DNA of 64,000 nucleotides from an uncultured Nitrospiraceae bacterium. Its GTDB lineage: Bacteria; Nitrospirota; Thermodesulfovibrionia; Thermodesulfovibrionales; Dissulfurispiraceae. The notes beneath the pieces are model-generated. The model was not told the origin of the DNA. It saw nothing but the letters and a program-made list of their open reading frames with translations, and searched no databases. A program made the position numbers and the translations under genes. The DNA is taken from positions 14,756 through 78,755 of the forward strand of contig CAYMRS010000006.1 in assembly GCA_964392915.1 (NCBI GenBank), in the 5' to 3' direction. Of this stretch, positions 28,034-38,056 are shown piece by piece. Each line of letters starts with the position of its first letter. Position 1 is the first letter of the stretch.

Positions 28034-29176
28034 CTAAAAGGTTCTCAAAATGGTGTAGAGCGTATCGCGTTGCGCAGGCTGAAACCCGGCGCTTTTTATC
28101 GCGCTGACGATATCGTCTTTTGTGACCCGGTATTCAACTCCCGCAGCGCGGACAACGTTCTCTTCGATCATGGTCGACCCGAAATCGTTCGCGCCAAAGC
28201 GGAGCGCAACCTGCGCCATCTTCAGGCCCTGCGTCACCCACGAGGCCTGTAGGTTCCGGACATTGTCGAGATAGACGCGCGACAGTGCCAGCACCCGCAG
28301 ATAGTCAACAGCCGTCGCTTTCTGAAATGTCGGCGCCTGACTTCCTGGTCTTTGATTGTGGCTTGACGTTGCTGTTTTTTGCTTCTCTTCTGACTTCGGC
28401 TTGAGCCCCTCCTGTTGGTGACTTCTGACTTCTTGCTTCCTGCTTAACTCCGTGTTCCCCGGCTGAAACGACCAAGGGATAAAAGCTGTAAATCCGCCGG
28501 TTTTGTCCTGCAATGCTCTGATGGCCTCGAGATGATCGATAATTTCCTCCGGGGTTTCGACGCTGCCGAACATCATCGTCGCGGTCGTCCGCATGCCGAG
28601 CCTGTGCGCTTCTTCCATAACCCTGAGCCAGTCGCCGGTCTTGATCTTTTTAGGGCTCAGCACCTCACGCACGCGATCGGAAAGAATCTCCGCCCCGCCG
28701 CCCGGAATCGAATCGAGCCCGGCCTGCTGGAGCAGTATCAGTGTTTCCCTGATAGTCAGCGCATGCCGCTGTGCCAGATAGGCAACCTCAGGAGGGGAAA
28801 AGCCGTGAATATTTATCTCGAACTGCGTTTTTATTTTCCGGAGCAGGCCGGTGTAGTAGCCGAGGTCGAGCTCAGGATGCAGTCCGCCCTGAAGCAGGAT
28901 CTGCGTGCCCTGCAGGGCAATGGTTTCCTCGATTTTTTGAAAGAGTTCGCCGTTGGACAGCACATATGCGCCGGGACTGTCCGCATCGCGGTAAAAGGCG
29001 CAGAAGGTGCATTGGTTGACGCAGACATTGGTGTAATTGATGTTGCGGTCAACGACAAAGGTTACCGTGCCGCCCGGGTGCAGCTCTTTCCGCGCGGCAT
29101 CTGCCATCGCGCCGAGTTCAAGCAGGTCGGCCCGACGGAGTAATGCGAGGGCTTGCTTTCTGGTTATCCGCGCCAT
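28034..29176 (-). CDS. mqnC: radical SAM enzyme of the futalosine menaquinone pathway (MqnC-like; CofH/MqnE/MqnC family)
   Basis: 380-aa ORF with VDRNINYTNVCVNQCTFCAFYR (CxxxCxxC) and GGLHP, GGGAEIL, MMFG..E blocks. The mqnC versus mqnE assignment comes from memory of the N-terminal motif and is tentative. Confidence 0.7.
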   Translation of the reverse strand: MARITRKQALALLRRADLLELGAMADAARKELHPGGTVTFVVDRNINYTNVCVNQCTFCAFYRDADSPGAYVLSNGELFQKIEETIALQGTQILLQGGLHPELDLGYYTGLLRKIKTQFEINIHGFSPPEVAYLAQRHALTIRETLILLQQAGLDSIPGGGAEILSDRVREVLSPKKIKTGDWLRVMEEAHRLGMRTTATMMFGSVETPEEIIDHLEAIRALQDKTGGFTAFIPWSFQPGNTELSRKQEVRSHQQEGLKPKSEEKQKTATSSHNQRPGSQAPTFQKATAVDYLRVLALSRVYLDNVRNLQASWVTQGLKMAQVALRFGANDFGSTMIEENVVRAAGVEYRVTKDDIVSAIKSAGFQPAQRDTLYTILRTF

Positions 29177-30264
29177 AGTTCCCGGTAAAGCCCGTCACGC
29201 TCGACCGGAACTTTCCCCGCCCTGCGGATAAGGGCGATCAGGTCGTCGCGCGTCATGGCGCCGGCGGTGAGGCCGCCGGCCATGCGGGTAATTCTTTCTT
29301 CGATGACCGTGCCGTCGATGTCATCAGCGCCGAAGAGCAGCGCGACCTGCGAAATCTTTTCGCCGAGCATTACCCAGTACGCCTTGATGTGGTCGAAATT
29401 GTCGAGCACGAGACGGCTGACCGCAATGGTCTTGAGGTCATCGATGCCGGAAGAGTAGTGGCCGCCGATTTCGGTGTTCTTCGGATGATACGCAAGCGGG
29501 ATAAACGCCTGAAACCCTCCGGTTTTATCTTGCAGTTCCCGCAGCTTGAAGAGGTGGTCCACGCGGTCTTCGTACGTCTCAACATGACCGTAGAGCATGG
29601 TCGCATTTGTCCTGAGGCCAACAGCATGCGCGACTTTCATGATTTCGAGCCAGCGCGCCCCCGGAATCTTCTCGGGGCAGATCTGATTTCGCACCCCCTC
29701 GGCAAATATCTCCGCTCCTCCGCCCGGCATAATCTGCAGACCCGCGTCGCGAAGACGCGTCAGCACCTCATGCACGCCGAGTCCGCTGATGCGCGAAAAG
29801 TAGTCGATTTCGACGGCGGTAAAAGCTTTGATGCTCAGCGTCGGATGGTGTTTGCGGATCGCGGCGATGAGGGTGAGATAGAACTCAAACGGCCAGTCGG
29901 GGTGCAGGCCGCCGACGATATGCACCTCCGAAAAACCGAACCGCGTGTTTGCTGATTCCTTTGTCCCCTTCGGCTTGGGGTCGCTGTCCAGACGGGCAAG
30001 CATCTCCTGGAGCGTAAGCTCATACGCGCCTTCTTCGCCTTTTGATCGGCTGAACGCGCAAAACCTGCATCTGTTCACACAGATATTGGTCGGATTAATG
30101 TGGCGGTTGACGATAAAAAAGGCTTTTTTCCCGTTTTTTCTGCGCGCCGCCTCTTCCGCAAGCCTGCCGAGGCCGAAAAAATCATCGCTCCGGAAAAGAC
30201 GCACCGCCTCTTTTCTCGTCAGTCTGCCGCCGGAAAGAATCTTGTCCCGAAGCTTTTCAATCAT
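29164..30264 (-). CDS. mqnE: radical SAM enzyme of the futalosine menaquinone pathway (MqnE-like, aminofutalosine synthase family)
   Basis: 366-aa ORF with VNRHINPTNICVNRCRFCAFSR and GGLHP, GGGAEIF, MLYGHVE blocks. It is a paralog of the adjacent gene. The assignment within the family is tentative. Confidence 0.7.
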   Translation of the reverse strand: MIEKLRDKILSGGRLTRKEAVRLFRSDDFFGLGRLAEEAARRKNGKKAFFIVNRHINPTNICVNRCRFCAFSRSKGEEGAYELTLQEMLARLDSDPKPKGTKESANTRFGFSEVHIVGGLHPDWPFEFYLTLIAAIRKHHPTLSIKAFTAVEIDYFSRISGLGVHEVLTRLRDAGLQIMPGGGAEIFAEGVRNQICPEKIPGARWLEIMKVAHAVGLRTNATMLYGHVETYEDRVDHLFKLRELQDKTGGFQAFIPLAYHPKNTEIGGHYSSGIDDLKTIAVSRLVLDNFDHIKAYWVMLGEKISQVALLFGADDIDGTVIEERITRMAGGLTAGAMTRDDLIALIRRAGKVPVERDGLYRELWRG

Positions 30265-30341
30265 TGTTCATTATAGCGCGGACGTTCTGAAGAACGGAAG
30301 GCGCTTGCAGGCAGTTGCGCTCCGTCTGGTAAACTATCAGG

Positions 30342-33155
30342 ATGCCGCCGCGCGATTTGATCATACAAGGAGCAAAACAGAACAACCTCAGGAATATCAG
30401 TCTGACTTTGCCGCATAACAAGGTTGTCGCGATCACCGGCATTTCCGGTTCCGGCAAGTCCTCGCTGGCATTCGATACGATATTTGCCGAAGGCCAGTGG
30501 CGCTTTATAGAATCGCTCTCGGCGTATGCCAGGCTCTTTCTCGAAAAGCTTGACCGGCCCGATGTGGACGCGATTTACAACATCCGCCCGGCGATTGCCC
30601 TTGAGCAGAAAAATCCGGTAAAAGGCTCGCGTTCAACGGTTGGAACACTGACCGAAATATATGATCTGCTGCGCATCCTTTTTGCCCGCATCGCCACGCC
30701 ATTCTGCCCGCTTTGCCGCAGGGAGATACGGCGGTGGGATCCATCCCAGATAGTGGCGGAGCTGCTCGAAAAATATCCTGAACAGAAGGCGATGATCGTC
30801 TTCAGCATAACCGAATCACTCGCTTCGCTCAGGCAGCGCGGATATCGGCGCCTTCTGATGAACGACGCGGTTCAGGATATTGATGAGATTCAGGGCGATA
30901 ATGCCTGCAATCAGTCCTGCGAAGTTGTGCTCGATCGGCTTGTTATCCGCGATGAGCCGCGCTTTTCCGATTCGGTTGAGATGGCGTGGCGGGAAGGAGG
31001 AGAGCGCATGAAGGTTGTTCTGGTGCAGGCGGACGAAGCCGGGAATCCCGCATGGAACCAGCTCATTTTTTCTTCGCTGAACTCGTGCGATGAATGCCGC
31101 TTCTCACTGCCCGAGCCGACGCCGGTTCTCTTCTCGTTCAACCACCCTCTCTGCGCCTGCCCCGAGTGCAAAGGCTTCGGCAACATTCTGAAATACGATG
31201 AAGACATCATCATTCCCGACCCCGATCGGTCGCTCAGCCAGGGAGCCATCGAGATCTGGGAAAAGCCGGGGTATGTCTGGTGGAAAGAGCAGCTGCTCAA
31301 AGGGGCCAAAAAGGCAGGAATTGACGTCAGCAGACCTTACAGGGAGCTGAGCGCTGAAGACCGCGCGAAGATATTCGAGAGCACCGAGCCATTTTTCGGG
31401 GTTAAGGCTTTTTTTGATGAGATGGAAGCCAATCGCTATAAACTGCACGTCCGCGTATTTCTGAGCCGCTATCGCACGCCGATGACCTGCCCTGCCTGCA
31501 AAGGCAAGCGGCTCTGCGATCTGGCGCTCTCCTATAAAGTCGATGGCCTCGACATTGCCGATGTCTGCCTCATGCCGATAGAAAAGCTTGCGCATTGGGT
31601 CGAAACCCTGCACCTGAGCCCGATGAAGCGCGATATTGCCAGAGAGGCGCTGAAGCAGATCCTGCTGAAGCTCAGGTTTTTGCTTCGCGTCGGCCTCGGC
31701 TACCTGACGCTGAGCCGCCAGGCAAAGACGCTCTCCGGCGGCGAGTATCAGCGCGTAACCCTCTCCAAGCAACTCGCCTCGGCGCTGACCGGCACGCTCT
31801 ATGTGCTCGATGAGCCGACCATCGGGCTCCATCCCCGCGACACCGGCCGCATCGCTGAAATCATGCGTGAGCTTGCCGCACTGGGAAATACCGTCATTGT
31901 GGTTGAACACGATCGTGACATTATCCGCATTGCGGACTGGGTTGTCGAACTCGGACCGGGCGGCGGCCAGCGCGGCGGCGAAGTTGTCTTTGCCGGATCG
32001 GCTCAGGATTTCCTGAAATCCGATACGGCAACAGCACGATACGTCAGAGGGATAGGCTCGGAATCGGCAGATGCTCAGGGAAACGGGAAGAATAGTGCGC
32101 AATTCCGGCCGCATCAGCTTTCGCTTTTGCTGCAGGGCGCTACCGGCAATAACCTGCGCAATCTGACCCTTCGGATTCCGCTGGGACTGCTTACGGTCGT
32201 GACCGGAGTTTCCGGCTCCGGCAAGAGCAGCCTGATAATTGAAACACTGGGCTACGCGCTTGGACGGCACTTCAAGACCGATTCCGAAATTCCGCTGCCG
32301 TTTACAGGGCTTGAACGAGCAGACCGCATTCGCGGCGTGCAGTTTATTGACCAGAGCCCCATTGGGAAGACGCCGCGCTCCAATCCGCTCACCTATCTCA
32401 AGGTGTTCGAGCCTATTCGGAAGCTCTATGCTGCGCAGCCTGAAGCCAAAGCTCACGGTCATTCTCCCGGATACTTCTCGTTCAACATACCGGGAGGGCG
32501 GTGCGAGACCTGCAAGGGAGAAGGCTATCAGCGGCTTGAGCTTTACTTCTTTGAAGATGTCTTCGTGAAGTGCGAGGATTGCAAGGGACTGCGGTATCAG
32601 GAAGACGCGCTCCGCGTTACCTGTAACGGCAAAAACATCAGCCAGGTGCTTGCCATGACGGTTGATGAGGCGAGCGTTTTCTTTGCAGACGCGACAGATA
32701 TCGTCACCCGACTCCGCCTGATGCAGGAAATCGGGCTGGGGTATCTGCGGCTTGGGCAGCCGGCAACAACGCTCTCGGGCGGCGAAGCTCAGCGCCTGAA
32801 AATCTGCGCCGAACTTGGGCAGTCCTCATTCGTCCGTCGTTCGGCAAAACAGGCAGGAAAGGGCATGCTGTATATTCTGGACGAGCCGACGGTCGGCCTT
32901 CACCACAACGATGTACTGCTCTTCATGAACATCATCCGCAGGCTGATTGCCGGCGGCAATACAGTCGTTATCATTGAACACAACCTTGATGTTGTCAGAC
33001 AAGCAGACTGGATTGTCGACCTCGGGCCGGAAGGCGGGGAGCAGGGAGGCATGATAATTTTTGAAGGGCCGCCGGGCGAACTCGCCCATGCGGAAGGATC
33101 GATCAGCGGGCTATATTTGGGAGCGTACCTGAAGGAAATCAAAGCAGATGATTGA
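30342..33155 (+). CDS. uvrA: UvrA-family ABC ATPase (excinuclease ABC subunit A or a close paralog)
   Basis: 937-aa ORF with two ABC modules (GISGSGKSSLAFDT.., GVSGSGKSSL.., LSGGEYQR, LSGGEAQR) and zinc modules (CDEC..CPECKGFG; CETCKGEGY..CEDCKG). The N-terminal block AEGQWRFIESLSAYARLFLEKLDRPDVD deviates somewhat from the canonical AEGQRRYVESLSAYARQFL. Confidence 0.85.
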   Translation: MPPRDLIIQGAKQNNLRNISLTLPHNKVVAITGISGSGKSSLAFDTIFAEGQWRFIESLSAYARLFLEKLDRPDVDAIYNIRPAIALEQKNPVKGSRSTVGTLTEIYDLLRILFARIATPFCPLCRREIRRWDPSQIVAELLEKYPEQKAMIVFSITESLASLRQRGYRRLLMNDAVQDIDEIQGDNACNQSCEVVLDRLVIRDEPRFSDSVEMAWREGGERMKVVLVQADEAGNPAWNQLIFSSLNSCDECRFSLPEPTPVLFSFNHPLCACPECKGFGNILKYDEDIIIPDPDRSLSQGAIEIWEKPGYVWWKEQLLKGAKKAGIDVSRPYRELSAEDRAKIFESTEPFFGVKAFFDEMEANRYKLHVRVFLSRYRTPMTCPACKGKRLCDLALSYKVDGLDIADVCLMPIEKLAHWVETLHLSPMKRDIAREALKQILLKLRFLLRVGLGYLTLSRQAKTLSGGEYQRVTLSKQLASALTGTLYVLDEPTIGLHPRDTGRIAEIMRELAALGNTVIVVEHDRDIIRIADWVVELGPGGGQRGGEVVFAGSAQDFLKSDTATARYVRGIGSESADAQGNGKNSAQFRPHQLSLLLQGATGNNLRNLTLRIPLGLLTVVTGVSGSGKSSLIIETLGYALGRHFKTDSEIPLPFTGLERADRIRGVQFIDQSPIGKTPRSNPLTYLKVFEPIRKLYAAQPEAKAHGHSPGYFSFNIPGGRCETCKGEGYQRLELYFFEDVFVKCEDCKGLRYQEDALRVTCNGKNISQVLAMTVDEASVFFADATDIVTRLRLMQEIGLGYLRLGQPATTLSGGEAQRLKICAELGQSSFVRRSAKQAGKGMLYILDEPTVGLHHNDVLLFMNIIRRLIAGGNTVVIIEHNLDVVRQADWIVDLGPEGGEQGGMIIFEGPPGELAHAEGSISGLYLGAYLKEIKADD

Positions 33156-33416
33156 TTTGCGGCAGGCGGCCACGTTCCAACAAACTACGTTACACAGGGG
33201 CAACTCCATTCAAATTCGAACGTTCTATGTCTCAGCCTTACAAGCCTGTTCTTAACAGGGTGCTGAAAAACTCCTGTTGCAAAATGCACAGTTAAAAACG
33301 ACTCTCTCAGAGGCTCAAGAATCGAAAAACTCGGCGACAATCCGGCATTATCTCTTTCCTCTTCGGTTCTCTTCTGTTATGATTCTGATCAAATACAGCA
33401 CGAGGAGGCTCCCACC

Positions 33417-33821
33417 ATGAAAGTCGAAGAGATTATGACGAAAAAAATCGAATTTATCGAGGCAGAAGCGCCGCTTTATGATGCGGTCGAAAAGATGATC
33501 GATAAACGTCTTCGCTGTCTGGTCGTCAGGCCGAAAAGCGACAAAGACGTTTTCGGCGTGATTACGGTGCGCGATATTGTTTTCAAGGCGGTTGCCAAGA
33601 ACCTCGATCTCTCCCGGATCAGGGTCGAAGAGATCGCCGAAAAGCCGCTCATCTGCGTGAATAAGGAGATGGAACTTCCTCACGTTATCAGCATGATGCA
33701 GAACTTCAACATTGCCCGCGTGTTTGTGTGCGAGGGGGCCGATATGGTCGGCATTGTCGCGCTGATGGACGTGATGAGCGGTTCGCTTATTGATCGTGCA
33801 AGAGGAGGCAGCAGTGTTTAA
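33417..33821 (+). CDS. CBS-domain pair protein
   Basis: 134-aa ORF with two CBS-like units (..VEEIMTKKIEFIE....A...M......LVV.. and ..VEEIAEKPLICVN......V...M......VFV..GIVALMDV). Confidence 0.8.
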   Translation: MKVEEIMTKKIEFIEAEAPLYDAVEKMIDKRLRCLVVRPKSDKDVFGVITVRDIVFKAVAKNLDLSRIRVEEIAEKPLICVNKEMELPHVISMMQNFNIARVFVCEGADMVGIVALMDVMSGSLIDRARGGSSV

Positions 33822-34446
33822 AAAGCTCTTTTCGGGCGGCAATCCGGAACAGGCGGTTATTGAGAAGATACGACAACACATCGGGATCCTCTCCTCTGCC
33901 GCGGATGCGCTGCGTGAAGGTATCGAAAAGAATGATCCTGAACTCATTGCGAGCGTCGCCGATCTGGAGAGGGAGGGTGACAGTATCAGGCGCGCCGTTG
34001 TTTCACACGTTTTCGAAGGGGCGTTTCTGCCGTTTCTGCGGCCATTTATCTGTCGCTTTGTGGAGATTGTGGATCAGGTCTTCGATGATCTCGAAGATGC
34101 GTCGGTTCTTTACCGGCATTCACGACCCTACGTAACCGGCGAGATCCGGGAAAATGTCGTCAAGATTGCAGCGCTGAACACCCATATGTGCGAAATGCTG
34201 CTGATTGCCTTTGATTCCTTGTTTACGGGCGGCGATCTTCGGGAAAAAAGTCTTGCAATAAGGGTGTATGAAAAGCGTATCGATGAGCTCAAGTTTGACC
34301 TGCTGGAACAGGTGCGGGCGGTGGAGCCGGCGACGTTCTGGGACGGACGAACGCTGGCGCGGTTTATCGATTATATAACTCAAGTCAGTGATACCATTGA
34401 GGATGCGAGCGATTACCTCCAGATAATCAATGTGAGTCTCCGCTAG
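33814..34446 (+). CDS. DUF47-family protein (PhoU-like partner of the PiT phosphate transporter)
   Basis: The GTG at 33814 is preceded by AGAGGAGG with a 5-nt spacer. The helical protein carries the ..LEREGDSIRR.. motif typical of DUF47/TIGR00153, directly upstream of a PiT gene. Confidence 0.8.
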   Translation: MFKKLFSGGNPEQAVIEKIRQHIGILSSAADALREGIEKNDPELIASVADLEREGDSIRRAVVSHVFEGAFLPFLRPFICRFVEIVDQVFDDLEDASVLYRHSRPYVTGEIRENVVKIAALNTHMCEMLLIAFDSLFTGGDLREKSLAIRVYEKRIDELKFDLLEQVRAVEPATFWDGRTLARFIDYITQVSDTIEDASDYLQIINVSLR

Positions 34447-34472
34447 CACCTGGTGCCGGTTCATCACTGCTC

Positions 34473-35408
34473 ATGGTTGACTACATCCCCATAATAGCCT
34501 GTGTGTTCATGGCAATCGGCATGGGCTCCAACGACACTTCCAATGCCGTCGGCATCTGCATCGGCTGCGGACTTCTGAAGCTGAAGCGGGCCATTCTGCT
34601 CTTCGGCGTTCTTGTTCTGGTCGGCATTACAGTGCAGGGAGAGAGGGTCATGAAAACCGTCGGCAAGGATATCGTGGAAGTCGACATGATCGTCCTCAGT
34701 CTTTCGTGCATCGTATCGGCAACCCTGATTATCGGCTCGAACTGGAAGAAAATCCCCTTGTCCGTGCTGCAGGTTTTGATCGGCAGTCTTGCCGGCGCCG
34801 GCGCCGGTGCCGGTGCGGCAGTGAACTATGCCAAACTCGGGCAAATTCTCCTTTCATGGGCTGTTTCTCCATTCATTGCTCTGTTGCTGGCGCATTTTTT
34901 GTACAGAGGACTTGAGCGGGCGCTCTCGCGGTATCCGGTCTTTGCGATTGAGCGTGTGTTAAGAAGTCTCTTGCTCGCAAGCAGCATTCTGATTGCGTAC
35001 AATGTCGGAGCGAACTCTCTGGCGACGATAATGGGTCCGGCGGTGCATGCGGGCGCGCTTGGCACGTGGCAGGCATTTATTCTCGGTTCGGTCTTTGTCT
35101 TCCTGGGCGCATATTTTCTGAGCTATCGGGTTGTTGAGACCGTCGGGAAGGGCATAACTGCTTTGGACCCGTTTTCAGGATTTGCCGCACAATTCGGCGC
35201 GGGCGTCTGTGTCCTCATGTTCACCTTTCTCGGGATGCCTATTTCGACGACATACTGCATTATCGGCGCTATCAGCGGCGTCGGGCTGGTGAAAGGGATG
35301 GGAACGGTCAGGAAAGATCTTCTCGTGAAAATTCTCAGAAACTGGATTCTCGGCCCCACGCTCGGCTTCTTCATCTGCTTTCTTTTCATGCGCCTCTACT
35401 ATGCATAG
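34473..35408 (+). CDS. inorganic phosphate transporter, PiT family
   Basis: 311-aa polytopic membrane ORF with GSNDTSNAVG near the N-terminus and ..PISTTYCIIGAISGVG.. near the C-terminus (duplicated PiT signature). Confidence 0.85.
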   Translation: MVDYIPIIACVFMAIGMGSNDTSNAVGICIGCGLLKLKRAILLFGVLVLVGITVQGERVMKTVGKDIVEVDMIVLSLSCIVSATLIIGSNWKKIPLSVLQVLIGSLAGAGAGAGAAVNYAKLGQILLSWAVSPFIALLLAHFLYRGLERALSRYPVFAIERVLRSLLLASSILIAYNVGANSLATIMGPAVHAGALGTWQAFILGSVFVFLGAYFLSYRVVETVGKGITALDPFSGFAAQFGAGVCVLMFTFLGMPISTTYCIIGAISGVGLVKGMGTVRKDLLVKILRNWILGPTLGFFICFLFMRLYYA

Positions 35409-35486
35409 CATATATGGGGCCGATTTCTTTGCACAGGCGGAGCATATTTGTTAAAGTACCACATAATTCTTTCATGAGGAGGTCAC

Positions 35487-36065
35487 ATGAAAAGATATGC
35501 TGCGCTGCTGGCCATGCTTGCGGTCATGCTTCTTATACTCCTTGGGTGCTCCTCACCGTATCGGGTTGTAAGCCAGGCGGATCAGTCCGATTTCGCGAAA
35601 CAACAGAGAGCCGGCGACCCCGCGGGCGCTGCTTCATCGGGGGGGCGGACAGAGTCCATTTCCGAGCGCGATATGACGGCTGCACGGCAGTCTGATGTCC
35701 AAAGCCGCCTGCGCGAACTGCAACAGAAGGTGAGAGACATCAACTTCGATTATGATCGGTACGATATTCGCGAGGATGCCAAGCCGATTCTGAAAGAGGT
35801 TGCGGGCTTGATGGGGCGGGCAAAGGGCATCAAACTGGTTATTGAGGGGCATTGTGACCAGCGCGGGACGACCGAATATAACCTCGGACTCGGAGAACGC
35901 AGAGCCCACTCGGCAAAAGAGTATCTGACAGCACTCGGCATTCCTTCCAGCCGCATCGAGACGATTAGTTTCGGGCAGGAAAAACCCCTCTGTGCGGAAG
36001 CCAGTGAGGCGTGCTGGGCCAAAAACCGACGTGGGCATTTTGTCTTTGTCGAGGAGGTTCGCTGA
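35487..36065 (+). CDS. pal: peptidoglycan-associated lipoprotein Pal (OmpA family)
   Basis: 192-aa ORF with GAGGAGG upstream and a lipobox (LLGC). It has an OmpA-like domain (..INFDYDRYDIR.., ..IEGHCDQRGTTEYNLGLGERRA..). Confidence 0.9.
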   Translation: MKRYAALLAMLAVMLLILLGCSSPYRVVSQADQSDFAKQQRAGDPAGAASSGGRTESISERDMTAARQSDVQSRLRELQQKVRDINFDYDRYDIREDAKPILKEVAGLMGRAKGIKLVIEGHCDQRGTTEYNLGLGERRAHSAKEYLTALGIPSSRIETISFGQEKPLCAEASEACWAKNRRGHFVFVEEVR

Positions 36066-37021
36066 TGCAGGCGAAGTGGTGCGCGCGTCTTCTTGCTGCA
36101 ATTCTGTTGTCGGCTTCGGTTTTTTCTTTCGGATGTTTGACGCCGGGAGAGTCGGATTCTCTCAAGCGGTCGGTTGCCAATCTCCAGTTTCAGTCTGATG
36201 ATCAGCGCAAGGAGACAGCCGACCTTAAAATGAGGCTCGACGCGCTTGCGCAGGATTTGAACGCTGTGGGCGCCATCAGGGAAAACCAGTCATCGGTTCT
36301 CACAAAGACGTATGACTTTTCAAAAGAGCTGCAGGCTCTGAAGGGCCGTTTTGAAGAAAACCGCTATCAGAACGAAAAAACGTTCAAGGACATGGCGCTT
36401 GAGCGCGAGCTGATGAATGCCAAGATATCGGCTCTGGAGAATGAAATCCTGAAGGCAGGCGGGTCTAGGCCTTCATCCGTGTCGGATAAAAAGGCTGTTG
36501 CTGTTGCTCCGTCAGGACCGGCTGCGCCTGCTGGTGCGGCGCCGGCTGAGCCTCATGAAGAAAAGGCATCAGAGCCGCAGAAGCTTTATGATGAGGGACA
36601 GACTCTGCTGAAAGCCAAAAAATATCCGGAGGCCCGCGAAAAATTTCAGCGGCTGGTCAAGGACAATCCGAAACATCAGCTGATTCCCAGTGCCCGCTAC
36701 TGGATCGGCGAGTCTTATTACGCCGAAAAGAAGTTCAACGATGCCATCATCGAGTTCGATGATGTCTGGCAGAAATATCCGAAACACGATAAAGCCCGGT
36801 CTGCAATGCTGAAGGAGGGCTATGCCTTCTACGATTCCAAGGATTGCCGCGCCTCCAGGGTGATTCTCCGGAAGCTGGTCGAGAAATATCCGCAGAGCGA
36901 AGAAGCGAAACTGGCGGAGAAGAAGATTGCCGAGATCAACGCGGACAAGAGCTGCGTTCCGAAGAAGACAAAACCGGCTGCGACGACGAAGAAAAAGAAG
37001 AAAGCAACAGCCGGCAACTGA
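36065..37021 (+). CDS. ybgF: Tol-Pal system protein YbgF/CpoB (coiled coil plus TPR)
   Basis: The ATG at 36065 overlaps the pal stop (TGATG). The protein has a signal peptide, a coiled-coil region and a C-terminal TPR block (..YDEGQTLLKAKKYPEA..F..L....P.......A.YWIGESYY..). Confidence 0.85.
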   Translation: MQAKWCARLLAAILLSASVFSFGCLTPGESDSLKRSVANLQFQSDDQRKETADLKMRLDALAQDLNAVGAIRENQSSVLTKTYDFSKELQALKGRFEENRYQNEKTFKDMALERELMNAKISALENEILKAGGSRPSSVSDKKAVAVAPSGPAAPAGAAPAEPHEEKASEPQKLYDEGQTLLKAKKYPEAREKFQRLVKDNPKHQLIPSARYWIGESYYAEKKFNDAIIEFDDVWQKYPKHDKARSAMLKEGYAFYDSKDCRASRVILRKLVEKYPQSEEAKLAEKKIAEINADKSCVPKKTKPAATTKKKKKATAGN

Positions 37022-37043
37022 GCTGTTCGGGGAACGGAAAGGC

Positions 37044-38030
37044 ATGGACACCATTCGGGATACCTACGACCGGGTTATTGACTATCTGCGCATATCGATA
37101 ACGGATCGGTGCAATCTCCATTGTGTCTACTGCATGCCATCAAACGGGGTTCAGCTGCTCCGCCACACCGAGATCCTCAGCTACGAGGAGATTATCCGCA
37201 TTGTCCGCGTTGCGGCTCTGCTGGGCGTACGGAAGGTGCGGATAACCGGCGGGGAGCCGCTTATCCGAAGGAATCTCAGGCATCTCATCACGGCTCTCCG
37301 CGCCATCCCCGGCATCGAAGACATCAGCCTCACAACAAATGGGTTGCTTCTTGGCAAATATGCAGATGAACTCGCAGCCGCCGGGTTGACACGGGTGAAT
37401 GTGAGTGTCGACTCGCTGAAGAATGATCGCTATGCCGCGATAACGGGCGGAGGAAGTCTGCCCGTTGTGCTTGCCGGGATTCAGCGTGCGGCCTCACATG
37501 CTCTCAACCCCGTCAAGATCAATATGGTTCCGATGCGCGGTGTCAATGATGACGAGATAGAGACGTTCGCACGTCTCACGCGTGAGACTTCGTACGATGT
37601 GCGATTTATCGAATTCATGCCCGCCGGATCCAACGATTACTGGTCGGCTGAACGGGTCATCCCGACGCAGGAGATCATGGAGCGGGTTGAGCGGATAGCG
37701 CCTATAACGCCGGTAAAGCGTCGAAATGACGGTCCTGCCCGTTATTATGCTTTTGCCGATGCGCCAGGGGTTCTCGGATTTATCAGCCCGATCAGCCACC
37801 ATTTCTGCGGTTCATGCAACCGTTTGCGCCTTACGTCGGACGGCAAGCTGCGCCCCTGTCTCTTTTCTGAAACGGAAATAGACCTGAAGTCAGCCATGCG
37901 CCGGAATGTTCCGGATGAAGAGATTGCACGGCTCCTGCGCCTTGCGGTTGAAGTGAAACCACAGGCGCACGCATTTGCTGACCGTCCTGCTATTGGCCAG
38001 CGCCGCCCGATGTCGGCAATCGGCGGGTAA
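37044..38030 (+). CDS. moaA: GTP 3',8-cyclase MoaA (molybdenum cofactor biosynthesis)
   Basis: The ATG at 37044 gives MDTIRDTYDRVIDYLRISITDRCNLHCVYCMP.., with ..RITGGEPL.. and a C-terminal CGSCNRLRLTSDGKLRPCLF. Confidence 0.92.
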   Translation: MDTIRDTYDRVIDYLRISITDRCNLHCVYCMPSNGVQLLRHTEILSYEEIIRIVRVAALLGVRKVRITGGEPLIRRNLRHLITALRAIPGIEDISLTTNGLLLGKYADELAAAGLTRVNVSVDSLKNDRYAAITGGGSLPVVLAGIQRAASHALNPVKINMVPMRGVNDDEIETFARLTRETSYDVRFIEFMPAGSNDYWSAERVIPTQEIMERVERIAPITPVKRRNDGPARYYAFADAPGVLGFISPISHHFCGSCNRLRLTSDGKLRPCLFSETEIDLKSAMRRNVPDEEIARLLRLAVEVKPQAHAFADRPAIGQRRPMSAIGG

Positions 38031-38056
38031 GTGGGTACATGGTATAATCATGAGTT

